DNA from: Macrostomum lignano
Lineage: Eukaryota
Length of the DNA stretch: 64,000 bases
NCBI GenBank assembly: GCA_002269645.1
Contig: NIVC01000422.1
Coordinates: 248,001-312,000, forward strand
Direction: 5' to 3'
In this document: positions 1-11,600 of the stretch, one piece after another
How the letters are laid out: every line of letters starts with the position of its first letter
Position numbering within the stretch: position 1 is the stretch's first letter
Position numbers and translations under genes: made by a program
Notes under the pieces: model-generated
Told to the model about the DNA's origin: nothing
What the model saw: the letters and a program-made list of their open reading frames with translations, nothing else
The model's database searches: none

Positions 1-95
1 CAGATAGCAAGCATCCACCCCAATAGCAAGCATCCCCCAGATAGCAAGCATCCCCAAGATAAATAGCATCCCCAAATAGCAAGCATCCACCAGAC
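1..95. repeat. Short degenerate tandem repeat (ATAGCAAGCATCCMCCC-like, about 17-19 nt), cut by the window edge
   Basis: About 5 imperfect copies of atagcaagcatcc visible directly. Confidence 0.75.
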
Positions 96-184
96 AATAA
101 GTAGCTAGTGCGACAATTTACTTAGCATTATGGTGGCTCCTTTAAAATTCGCTTACTTTTACTTTTGAAATTGTGTATCTTTTA

Positions 185-1500
185 CGTTTGACATGATGGC
201 TCTTTTATGTTTGACATGGGGGCTCTTTTATGTTCTACATGGTAACTCTTTTATGTTTGATACGATGGCTTTTCAATGTCTGACATGGTGCCTCTTCTAT
301 TTTTAACATGGTGGCTCTTCCATGTTTGACAAAGTGGCTTCTTAATGTTTGACATGGTGACTCTTTTATGTTTGACATGGTGGCTCTTTAATATTTGACA
401 TGGTGGCTCTTTAATATTTGACATGGTGGCTGTTTAATGTTTGACATAAAGTCACTTATATGTTTGACATAAAGTCACTTATATGTTTGACATGGTGGCT
501 CTTTTAGGTTTGACATGATGGCTCTTTTATGTTTGACATGGTGGCTCTTTAATGTTCGATATGGTGGCTCTTATGGTGGCTCTTTATTGTTTGACATGGT
601 GGCTCTTTAATGTTCGACATGGTGGCTCTTTTATGTTTGACATGGTGGCTCTTTAATGTTTGACATGCTGGCTCTTTAATGTTTGACATGGTGGCTCTTC
701 TATGTTTGACATGGTGGCTCTTTATTGTTTGACATGGTGGCTCTTTAATTTTTAACATGGTGGCTCTTTTATGTTTGACATGGTGGATCTTTAATGTTCG
801 ACAAAGTAGCTCTTTAATGTTTGACATGGTGGCTCTTTAATGTTTGACATGGTATATCCTTTTTGTTGGACATGGTGGCTCTTTTATGTTCGACATGGTG
901 GCTCTTTTAGGTTTGACATGGTTAGCTCTATAATGTTTCACATGGTGGCTCTTTAATGTTTTACATAGTGGCTCTTTAATGTTCGACATAGTGGCTCTTT
1001 AATGTTCTAAATGGTGGCTCTTTAATGTTTGACATAAAGTCACTTATATGTTTGACATAAAGTCACTTATATGTTTGACATGGTGGCTCTTTTAGGTTTG
1101 ACATGGTGGCTCTTTTATGTTTAACATGGTGGCTCTTTAATGTTCGATATGGTGGCTCTTATGGTGGCTCTTTATTGTTTGACATGGTGGCTCTTTAATG
1201 TTCGACATGGTGGCTCTTTATTGTTCGAAATGGTGGCTCTTTTATGTTCGACATGGTGGCTCTTTAATGTTCGAAATGGTGGCTCTTTTATGTTAGACAT
1301 GGTGGCTCTTTAATGTTTGACATGGTGGCTCTTTAATGTTAAATGTTAAATGGTTTGACATGGTGGCTCTTTAATGTTTGACATGGTGGCTCTTTTAATG
1401 TTCGATATGATAGCTCTTTTATGTTCGATATGGTGGCTCTTTAATGTTCGACATGGTTGCTCTTATATGTTTGACATTGCGCTTCTTTTATGTTTAGCAG
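185..1500. repeat. 23-bp minisatellite array (TGTTTGACATGGTGGCTCTTTAA)
   Basis: About 55 imperfect head-to-tail copies; explains the ORFs at 549-827 and 1374-1598. Confidence 0.95.
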
Positions 1501-1540
1501 TTTTGTGTGTTTTAAAGTGTTTAAATAAAAAAATTTTTTG

Positions 1541-1604
1541 CACTACTAAGATTCGAACCCAGGTCGCTACATTAGCAGTCCAGTCTGTTCGCATCTAGGC
1601 TATC
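1541..1604 (-). mobile_element. tRNA-derived fragment (pseudo-tRNA or SINE head), Ser(GCT)-like
   Basis: Minus strand reads TAGCCTAGATG (A-box-like), GGACTGCTAAT (Ser-GCT anticodon loop) and CTGGGTTCGAATCTTAG (T-arm/B-box). No acceptor stem forms, so it is not an intact tRNA. Confidence 0.55.
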
Positions 1605-1949
1605 TCTTTTCAATTGGAAAACCTGAATTGTGGCCCTTATAATTCAATACTTACAGCAAGTCGGTTAGAGTAAAAAGTTATGACATAATAAATTTCTCAG
1701 TCAGCCAGTATCAGTCTCAATTTAAGTTAGCAATATGGTTACGCAATTTAAATCAAGTCTTGTGTGCATTTCTTCGGCACTTTTTTCAACTTGTTGTGAT
1801 GCAATCTTTATCACAATCGGAATTCAGCCAGTCAGTTTTTTCTCTAGTAGCATTCTTAAAATGCATTTCAAGTCGAAAATTTTGCTTGACTTTTGCAAAA
1901 AAAGCATGTTTTTCGAATATTTAATCCATTTAACATTGAGCAATTTCTT

Positions 1950-2093
1950 AGCCAAAATGCATGTACCGTCCCATGAAAATTTTTGATCGAATGGTGCAAG
2001 TTTGAAGAAAATCGGTTGAGCCATTTTTTCTGAAATCTATAGCATACCTACCTACCTACCCACATACAGACAACTCATTTTTAGTATATAGGA
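1950..2093 (-). mobile_element. Helitron-like 5' terminus, copy 1
   Basis: Minus strand TCCTATATACTAAAAATGA, then a short microsatellite, then aaaaaatggctcaaccgattttcttcaaacttgcac. This TC-start layout is typical of non-autonomous Helitrons. The first 19 nt are identical to the copy at 62842. Confidence 0.55.
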
Positions 2094-2554
2094 AGGAAGG
2101 AGGACAAGCATACAAACAAACCTTAGAGATTTAGTATATTAGGAAGGATAGGACAAGACCAATTTAACATAAAAATCGATTAATGCGTCGTTAGAGCAGC
2201 ATGTGAGGCACAAAATAGTGTGATTAGAACTTTCTCTGACACTGTTAAGAAACTCAATCACTGTTTTAGTGTTGAAAATCGTGAAATTTTCTATCTCCGT
2301 AGTGTATTTTCCGGTGAAATCTGCCTTTAAAACTATTTCTGAACAAAAAGTTTTATGAATATCGATAGAGCAATAAGAAAGGCACAACATGTCAAAAGAT
2401 GAACACTGGATCTGCCTCCTATCAATAGCAATAACAATTTTTGAGCTGAAAAAATTAAAACTTCCTATCTCTGTAGTGTATTTTATGGCGAAAAGTTGCC
2501 TGCAAAACATTTACCATCGATTTCGAGTGTAGTGTCCTTCTACTTAAGTTGTCC

Positions 2555-3332
2555 TTGCTGCAAAGATGCGGAAGAATTGCAAGAACTGACAACGAAGCTG
2601 AACAGAATCTCAAGAAAGTTTGGCATGGAAGTCAGCAAAGAAAAGAGCAAGGCAATGGAGGCAGGGAATGGTGAAGAAAAAGTCAGGCTACGGATTGTGA
2701 TTGATGGAGAGGAACTGAAACAGGTGAAGAAGTTTCAATATCTAGGGGGCAACCATCATGGAGAATGGGACTTTGCAGGAAGAGATCAGAATCCGAATTG
2801 GCACCGCAACCAGCTCAATGCTAAGGCTTGAGGAAATTCGGTGGCTCAAATAAGTCAATTTGAAGAATCGCCTCAACATCACAAAGGCGGTCGCATAGGC
2901 GACACTGCTCAATGGGGGAAGAATAGTATGGAGGCACTTAAAGCGTTTGAAATGAAATGTTACAGAAGAATGGAGAGGAAGAATTTCATGGAAATAGAAA
3001 AAAACAAATGCCTGGATTTGAAGTAAAGTTAAAGAAGTATTGGGAATGGAACTAGAATCTGTGGAGGAGATCATCAAGCAGAGAAAGATGGAATATTACG
3101 GACAGCAGACGAGGAAGGGAGCCATGGCAACTGTCCGTATTCAAGAAGAAATAGAAGGTGAAGAAGAAGAGGAAGACCAAAAAGGCAGTGAGAAGATGAC
3201 GCAAAGGAATGGAATGGACGGACAATGGAGAGGCTAAGAAGCGCAGCGAATGAAAGGCAATGGTGGTGGAAACTTGTGCACGACTGGGTGCGCCCTCGGC
3301 CATGACCTCTACGGTAAAGAAGAAGAAGAAGG
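2555..3332 (+). mobile_element. 5'-truncated, frameshifted RTE-like LINE (C-terminal reverse transcriptase region)
   Basis: Pieces AEELQELTTKLNRISRKFGMEVSKEKSKAM, IDGEELKQVKKFQYLG and LKAFEMKCYRRM in shifting frames; ends in an (AAG)n tail at about 3317-3331. Confidence 0.85.
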
Positions 3333-3807
3333 TTAAATAGACTCTTTAATGGAATATTAAAGCTTCGTTTAGGCTAGTTAAAATCCACTAGCTATACTAA
3401 AATTATTTCTATAGATCATCTGATCTACCGTAGAGCCCACCAATAGCTCGTATTCTTCAGTCTACCGCGACAAGTCAGGAAAAAATAACACCTCAAAATG
3501 TGTACAATGCACATGTAGCCTGATTAAATTTCAGGTTTAATCCTTTGTTTTTCATTGTGAAACAGGCGTAGCTACAGTTTATTCTTGGAATCGAAAGCAT
3601 CAGGGAATAAAGAAACTACAACAAGAAGTGGGGGAAATATTTGAACCTTACACAAACGCATACCATGTAAGTAAGTAATTAATCACTTTATTAGTGACTC
3701 AATAGACTTACGGTAGACTTAATAATGTAATAAACAAGTTTTGTATTGAAATTATCAATAAAAAACACAGTCATTAAAATTAATCTTCCATTTATCCGCA
3801 GTTCAAT

Positions 3808-4986
3808 TCAACCATCGCAAGTTCTAACTCGCAGCGTTCTAAGTCTTTCGGACGTATCCTGTTCACTATCTGGAGAGTTGCCGCGGAGACTGTTTATGAG
3901 AAATTCTCGTAACTTGAATTTGTGACCACGAAACTGATCCTGCCTCAAGTTCAACAAGGCGTGCCGGAGTTCGTAGACAATCCGGCCTGAGACGAAATAG
4001 ATTTCTACTTTATTAATATCAACATTACTAACCATTTCAAGATATATCGCGCTGAGCACCTTCTCAATTTCTTGATTCGCTCTGCAATCCATAGCCTGCA
4101 GCTCCTGCAAGAAACCCTGTTCCCTACTGATGCAAATTTTTCGTACAGGCTCGTGCAGACAAACTTGGCAGCAGCAGTCGTGAATGAAAACATTGGCCTC
4201 GTCATCCTCATGCACAAATTTAGTTTCGCAATCGAGAGAGCGCCGAAAAGTCGCACTGCAGGCGAAGCAGCTGCCCAGGCTGAAACCAGTCCTGCCGATA
4301 GTCTTCACTGAGAAATATTTCGGTTTTCCCTGTCCATCTTCTATAGAAAAGTCAAAAGTAGTAGTCTGGCACCTGTACCAGTGCTGCTCACTCGAGTAGT
4401 TCTCAAAGCGGCAGACGCGAAGCAGCGAGAGGTATTCGCCAAGCAGAGAGCACATGCAATTAACATTGTTCTTGCTACTGTGCCGAAATATCTCCAGGAG
4501 GCACGGGATCTCCCAAGCTTCGTTGTCATCATTACTGAGGATTCGAAATGAAGTGCCAGCCTCGGTAACTATCAAATACATTAAAGCTGCACTGAAACCG
4601 TGACAGTAGCTATTTGGAACTTCTATGAAAACCGAGTCCAGTAGTTTCCAGAGGTACTGCGAAAGGAAGGATTCGCGGCCGAGCGGACCGCTCAATAGAC
4701 TAGTCGCGGGTTGCATCCGTCGTACCAGAGGTCTTCCAAAATGGCTCCTGCTTTCTACAGTCTGTCTCATGCAGGTCACGGAGGTGAATATTGCGCACAA
4801 ACGATTGTAGTAGCCAGACCATGTTGGCGATTCGTTATTGCTAGATGTGAGAACAACCATGAGCGCGATGAGCTCTTTAAATCCTGGTCGATTTCGCACT
4901 TGTTCCAGTTTTTCTAATCGCTCAAGCTCGTCCATGAAGTTTTCGTTGAATTTTTCCAGTATTTTAGGAGTAGTAGGAGAGTCCAT
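3808..4986 (-). CDS. Single-exon 392-aa uncharacterised Cys-rich protein with a C-terminal CARD/death-fold-like segment
   Basis: Long non-repetitive ORF with ATG start and AATAAA about 120 nt past the stop. The segment LSAIYLEMVSNVDINKVEIYFVSGRIV has CARD helix 1-2 hydrophobic spacing (judged by eye). Confidence 0.7.
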   Translation of the reverse strand: MDSPTTPKILEKFNENFMDELERLEKLEQVRNRPGFKELIALMVVLTSSNNESPTWSGYYNRLCAIFTSVTCMRQTVESRSHFGRPLVRRMQPATSLLSGPLGRESFLSQYLWKLLDSVFIEVPNSYCHGFSAALMYLIVTEAGTSFRILSNDDNEAWEIPCLLEIFRHSSKNNVNCMCSLLGEYLSLLRVCRFENYSSEQHWYRCQTTTFDFSIEDGQGKPKYFSVKTIGRTGFSLGSCFACSATFRRSLDCETKFVHEDDEANVFIHDCCCQVCLHEPVRKICISREQGFLQELQAMDCRANQEIEKVLSAIYLEMVSNVDINKVEIYFVSGRIVYELRHALLNLRQDQFRGHKFKLREFLINSLRGNSPDSEQDTSERLRTLRVRTCDG

Positions 4987-5609
4987 TTATGAATAGTGCC
5001 GTATGATTTGAAGTTTGATGTAAAAAGTATGTACGGATATGTAGGTTAACCTTATTAGGAGAAGATTCTAGCTTACTTAAAAATATTAAACTAGATATTT
5101 TGGCTCATACAGTATTGGTGTTATATATACATAACGTTTTATCTTCGTACCTTGTAATAATGTACGTAATAGACTGCATTTAGTAAGTACAATTAAATTC
5201 AAAATACAGTAAATTTTCACTTGAATTCTACTCTAAAACTCTATTCTAGATAATGTACAGACTACGTCTAACCTTGGGGGCAGAGCGGTTGCAGTGCATG
5301 ATTCAGTTCTGTACATGTACACTATGAAGCAGAGCAAGTATGGCTGCATTTAGCATTTATGAGGGGGGTGTAGAAACGCTTTAAAAAGCGTCGCTCGTGT
5401 ACAATAGTTTATTTGGTTTCAGTGCCACACCAATTTTTTGTCTTCAAAACGAAAAATTTGCAGCTGTGCTTAGTTACTTTTAATAGCATTTTTATTTATA
5501 CTCGTGATCCAGTTTTCTTGAAACCAGTTTTGTAGCTGGCATTTTAAATATTTCTCAGTATAACAACACACTTGTCGTTGAAAAAGAACCTAAATAAAAA
5601 CAGAAGAAA
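4987..5609. promoter_or_regulatory. Probable bidirectional promoter region between the divergent genes
   Basis: 623 bp of AT-rich, repeat-free sequence between two divergent ATGs; inferred from geometry only. Confidence 0.5.
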
Positions 5610-8600
5610 ATGTTCCTTCAATCGTTCTACGACAAAGCAAGTCGAGAACTGCTTTCAGCGTGCAAACTGACAGAAAAGAAAAATCTGCAATCGCAAGAGC
5701 GGCAAAGTGAGCCGGAATGCGAAAATTCACCACCTGTTTTGCAATTTTACTGTGAAAGTACTGGTGCTGTCAATGATGATGGTGTTTGTGAACTGTTGTT
5801 CAGAAGTGAGCAACTTACATGTAACGGCAGACCAAGTCTATCCTCCAGGAAAAGCGAATCTGTGTCCTGGTCTCATCCTCATCTGCCAATAGCCGTAGAA
5901 AGTTCTGGAAACTGTGAGTTCAGCTCCTCTCCTGAGATAAAACAACTCCGCTCTTTGCTGCTGTACGATCTTTGCCGATTCTTAACCATTGGCAATATGG
6001 AGCTGACTGTTCAGCTAGACTGCCAACTAGCTGACAAGTTGATCAATCCTTCATCATCTTCCGTTGCTACCGACGACGACCGTCAGGTCCTAAACTCACT
6101 TCTAGCTAGTGCTTTTGTGACCGTTCATTTGGTCAGAGTAACCAAAGGCTGTAGAAATTTGACTGTCAGTTTTAAGCAGGGTGAAGCTGCTAAAATCTCC
6201 GTGATTCAAGGAGAAGGCGATGTAATCCTTTCTGGGCCGCTGCACATCTTTCACTACCGTTTGAACGACGCTGAGCTTGCGGCTGAGTTGGAAGCGAGCG
6301 TAAAACTCTATGCGCAAAATTCGAAGTCCGTCAGTTTTCTATGCGTTCTATTCAACGAATTTGATGTAAACGAACGCTATTTGACTGAGAAAATGAGGCA
6401 GGATTCGATGAGCCGACTGACAAATTTCGGCACGGCTCGTGTTAAGCTTGATTCAACTCCTGGTATGCTGAAAATTGACATCAGTACCTTCGATCATGGA
6501 CACGAGAATCAATTTCTGCACTTAACTAGCTTCTCAGCAGAAGAAGCTCTACAAGAGTTTGGGGATGACAGATTTCTACATATAGTAGTGCCGGTTTGCC
6601 AGAAACTGGCTGCACAGATGGAATTTATTTGCGAATGCTTCTTTGTTCCATGCCGTACGACTCTGGAGCTGATGCAAGCATCAGAAACAGATAATGTGTA
6701 AGTTTACTAGTTACTCATTTACACAAATGTTTCTATTGCTGTCACAGTGTGTGCCTATTTTGCTCGAATAATTTGACTCTAACCATTCAGAGTACAAGCT
6801 GTCGCGAGTTCAGAAGAACATGTCGAGTCTACTTCATTGAACGAACTGCAAACTATGCAGGTAATTACGGGTATATAATCTGTGAAAAGATTTTAAGGCT
6901 TTATAGAAAAAGCAAATAAGCATAGTCACTCACGGAGGTAGCCTTGATAAGTGACTCGAACATGCGCTAATCCACTAAACTATGGCGACCATTTTTAGAT
7001 TCCCCGTACTGCACTTGCCTCTCTGGAATTTTATGCATATCTTTATAAACACTTAATGCATTTTTTCTTTCTTTGATATATGCTTCAGTGTTCGATGGAT
7101 TTGCAAATAGCCGCGGCCGAAGGTGACCTTTCTGCAGTCACCAGGATTGCAGACTCTATCAATCCAGCCCTCCTAAATAACTGTCAAATGGTGTTTCCTA
7201 ATCGCACCGCCCTTCACTGCGCGGCAGCAGCATCCATCGCGGATTTTTCTGCTGGCACTGGGACACATCTGGACTGCGCAGAGATCTTAATCAGCCACCA
7301 AGCCGATCTTTCCCTAAAGGACAGTCGAGATCAAACAGCGTTACACTGTGCCATACTCTCAAACAATGGCCAACTCGCGACTTTGCTACTAAAACAATCG
7401 ACTGTGGAAATCGACTGTCAAGATGAAAATGGTAAAACAGCATTGCTAATTGCTGTTGAGAACGAAATGGCAGACGTGGTGAATTTCCTGCTAGAAAACG
7501 GGGCAGATTGGTCTCAGGCAGATCTAAAGCAAGCCACGCCTCTAAGCGTAGCTTTAGAGCGTGGCAACCCAGACGTTGTCCGGGCTATACTCGAGTACGA
7601 CTCAGAACTCATTCACGATGGCAACTGGGATCGCTACGCCAGTTGCTACCAAACTGCTCGAGATGCCAGTCATCGGGATGTGTGCGTATTGCTTATTGAG
7701 TAAGTTAATTGAGTATTTTTATTTTTTTATTAGAGGCAGGGGGGTTGTGTGCACCCTGTCGCACTTTAAGCGACATAGGCACACAACCGGCGAGAGGCAT
7801 TACTGCCCATTCCGCCGACTCCCCTGAGCAGGCATACAAGCGCGCGGATACGTACGCAGGCACACACTCACACAGGAGTGTAAAGCGGCCCTAACTTTAT
7901 TTTATCGTTAGGCATGTACACTTGACTGCGCCTTGGGGGTTGGCTCTCAAGGCCGTTAATTGCACGAGCAGAGCCAAGTCGATATTCCAATTGAGCCCCA
8001 AATTAATGTGACTGCACTTGGAATCGAGCCTGGGCCGCTGGCACACCAGAGCAGCTGCGCTACCGCTGGGCTACGGCCCCCCTTAAGAGCGTGGCAACCC
8101 AGACGTTGTCCGGGCTGTACTCGATTACGACTCAGAAATCATTCACGATGGCAACTAGGATCGCTACGCCAGTTGCTACCAAACTGCTCGAGATGCCAGT
8201 CATCGGGATGTGTGCGTATTGCTCACTGAGTAAGTTAATAGAGTATGTTAAAAGTATAGCCATCGGCTTGTGGAGCCATTCACACCCATTAGGGCCAACC
8301 CCCAAGGCGCAGAGAGTGTACATGTCTGAAGTCGAGAAAATCAGGAGCGCTGTACACCCTGTACGACATGTGTACGTGTGTATAAGTGCGTACAGTATCG
8401 GTGCGCTTGCATGTGCTCAGGAGTGAGCGGAATGAGCAGAATTGCCGTTACCGCTGGTTGTACCGGATGATTTCACCGAAGGCGTTGCGGCAGGGTACTC
8501 ATAACCATTCTATTAATATATAGAATAGTTTATATGCTAACATACTTAACATGTTAGTATAAAACGCTCAGAGTAGACGCACACTGAATTACTAATTTAT

Positions 8601-11600
8601 CGCTAATATACCAATATTGATGGGCTGCAGAGGGCAGAAATGAGCTATAACGCCGAGGCGCGTAGCACCGAGGAGTGTTAGCTCGTTTCTGCCCGATGCG
8701 GCCCATCCATATTAGTGTTATAGTTAGCGGGCGTGAAACCGCGTTTCACGGGCCGCTGAGACTGTCTATGGTAAAATCCCATTTACTCCAGTGCATTCAA
8801 TCGGTTTCACGACCCGCTGAAAATGTCTATGGCAAAGTCAGAAGAAAGCGGGGTCAAGGGGACGCTGAGCCCCCTTGCGGGGGTGTGGGGGCAGAGCCCC
8901 CAAATTAGCACACCAGCACACAAGACAAATAAAGGAATAATAAAATCCAAAAATTGTCTACGTCCAAAACTCCTTATTTTGCGAATTGAAAAAAAAGTAA
9001 CTGATACTAAGGGCCGTATGCAGAAACCTCTGTCTAGGGTAGTCCGGTCTTGAAAAGCTAGTCTAAACTTGGATTTGGTATGCAGAAACACAAAGTTAGA
9101 CCGGTCTAGCATAGACAAAACTACCCTAGTTCTGTCTATGGTAGTTTAATCTTACTTTGGTATACATAAAAGCTTTGACTAGTTAGTCTGGACTAGACAA
9201 AACCTAGCCTGCTCTAGAGCTGTCTTGATAGCTAATTTTGCATTGCCTTCGCCCTTAGACGATTGAAAGAAATGAATATTTTGGTTGCGATAGATTTAGT
9301 TCAGCGAGACCTCCATCGACAACGCATATTTCGTGATCGGTTGGAGCCACTTCAACAATTCTCGGAGGTTGAAATTAAAAGACTGTTTCGGTTCGAACCT
9401 AGATCACTTCTATCACTTGTGGAGCTTGTCGAGACAGATCTCGAACGGACGACAATGCGTAACAGAAGCCTGACTCCCATGCTACAGCTGTGCCTGATAC
9501 TATCTTATCTTGGCACTGGAAGCTTTCAGCAGAACCTGTCTGCTCTTGGAAGTATCGACCAAAGCACCACGTCCCGCTGCTACTGGGGAGTGGTCAGGAT
9601 ACTGAATCTCCGCTTGAATAACATCCGCTATCCAGAGCCAGGTGTTGAGCGGACGCGAGTGTCAACGGGGTTTAATCAAATTGGTCAACTGGCAGATGTA
9701 ATCGGTGCTATCGACTGTACGCATGTACAAATTCAAAGGCCATCTAATGAGAACTTTCCAGATGAATTCATTAATCGTAAAAACTACCACTCTATTAACG
9801 TCCAAGCAGTCTGCGATGCGAGATACTTCTTTCTCGAAATAACTGCTCAATGGCCTGGTTCAGTCCATGACTCGAGAATATTTCGCAACAGTTTTCTTTT
9901 TGGATCGCTTCTAGACGTCCAATGGGAGGGCTATCTTGTCGGAGATTCTGGATACCGACTCTGCGATTTTCTACTCACTCCATATTAAAACCCAGATGGC
10001 CGGCAGAGAATATTCAATCGCGAACTCAGCCGAGCGAGAGTTCGAATCGAGCAGACATTCGGAATTTTAAAGCGCCGTTTCAACTGCGTTGGTAGCATCC
10101 TACGCGTACCACTAGACCGTGTACCAACATTAATTGTGACCTGTTGTAAGCTACACAATTTCGCTCGCACCCAGAACGATCCTCATGATGATCTTCCTCA
10201 CCAATTACCTCCAACACCTTGAAGTCATTAGAGGACATTTTTGGAGCTGGCCCGCCTCCAGTCTTCTTCGTAGTTTTTTCCTTAACTCGTTGCAAGATGT
10301 TTTTCCATTTTTTCTGCACCTGGTCGACCGCGTAATTGGTCTTGAAGTGGTCGTTTACTTGAGATGTTACGTCTTCCCAAGCGTTTGCCCTTCTTCGCCT
10401 GCATGCAGGCGTTTGGCCCTTCGACAAAATTGAAGCCGAATGTCTTTGTAGAATGTCAAGAAGAACTGTTTCGTAGTCTGTTGTCGCTGACATTTCAGAA
10501 GTATACGCATATGCACAGAGAGCCAGTATAGGAACGGTTAAGTTAGCGACCCAGTATATAAACAGAAAGCATTTACAGGGGTTTGGGCCATAGAACTAAA
10601 AAAATCATTAAAACTAGGCGCTAAAGTTGGGCGCTCTGTCTAGCTTAGACTAGTGAATGAAGACGCTGTCGTCTTCAAAGGTGGGACGATGGTTTATATA
10701 TTGTTCGTAACTTTTATGGCTATGACCTGTTTATTAAACCCAAATTAAGAACTTAATTAAGAAGCAATAATACTGCTAAAATACATCTTAGTGACCAATA
10801 TTTCTAAATCCTAAATACCTTACGCCAAATATTCTACCAACTATCTACCAACCTATGTATCTTTCTATACGAATTTTGGCTTAACTTGACATTGTGTGAA
10901 CCCGATTTTCTTCAAACTTGCACTATTAGATCAGAAATCAGTCTAATAGTGGATTAAAACTAATCAAAAGTCATTAAATACACTTGCGTCGTTCCAATTC
11001 TGTTGCCAAAATTTAGAGACAAGAGTTTTAACATGTTTCATGAATCTCGGTAGTCGCGACTAGCTTTTGTGCATACCGATTTTAAGACCATAGACAGAAC
11101 TACCCAGTCCGGACTAGCTAGTCTGGACTAAGCTTTCTGCATACGGCCCAAGTTGTAGAAACATTGGGCCGTATGCAGAAAGCTCTGTCTAGGGTAGTCC
11201 GGTCTTGAAAAGCTAGTCTGGACTTGGATTTGGTATGCAGAAACACAAAGTTAGACCAGTCTACTATAGCAGAACTAGGCTAGCTAGACCTATACTGAAC
11301 TATACCCAAGTCCGGACTACGAGTTTTTTTACTTATTGAAGTTGGCCATAGATTATTGCAGCGGGCGGGATGCTGTGCGTTTCACCCCGTTTCAACACGC
11401 CTAGGCTAACTATAACAGACGCTAGATAACCTCGTGTGTCCATGTCCCCAGAGAGCTGAGTAACCCAGCTATTGCGCGTCCAGAACTTTTTTAAAGTCCC
11501 GGATTAGATTCCGCGTGTATTGTCATAATACTAGTATAGCTTTTGTCATTCCAAATGAGAATATCACACACTCCAAACGAGAACACATAGCTATTCCCCC

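Larger units (their letters stand above)
9011..11149 (+). mobile_element. PIF/Harbinger DNA transposon, about 2.14 kb, defective
   Basis: 16-bp terminal inverted repeat GGGCCGTATGCAGAAA at 9011 and 11134-11149, preceded by TAA on the left; subterminal inverted motifs (gttctgtctatggt/accatagacagaac); encloses a transposase and a Myb/SANT ORF. Confidence 0.9.

Noticed and set aside
95-125. CTAG at 105-108 as the 3' end of a complete 2-kb Helitron
   Set aside because: No subterminal hairpin and no following T on the minus strand.
1541-1604. Functional tRNA-Ser(GCT) gene
   Set aside because: No acceptor stem, a mismatched anticodon stem and no long variable arm.
4290-4620. Caspase-like words in the 392-aa protein (YCHG and GKPKYFSV)
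   Set aside because: His-to-GKPK spacing is about 90 aa rather than about 40, and there is no QACRG cysteine; probably coincidence, though worth a glance in a structure prediction.
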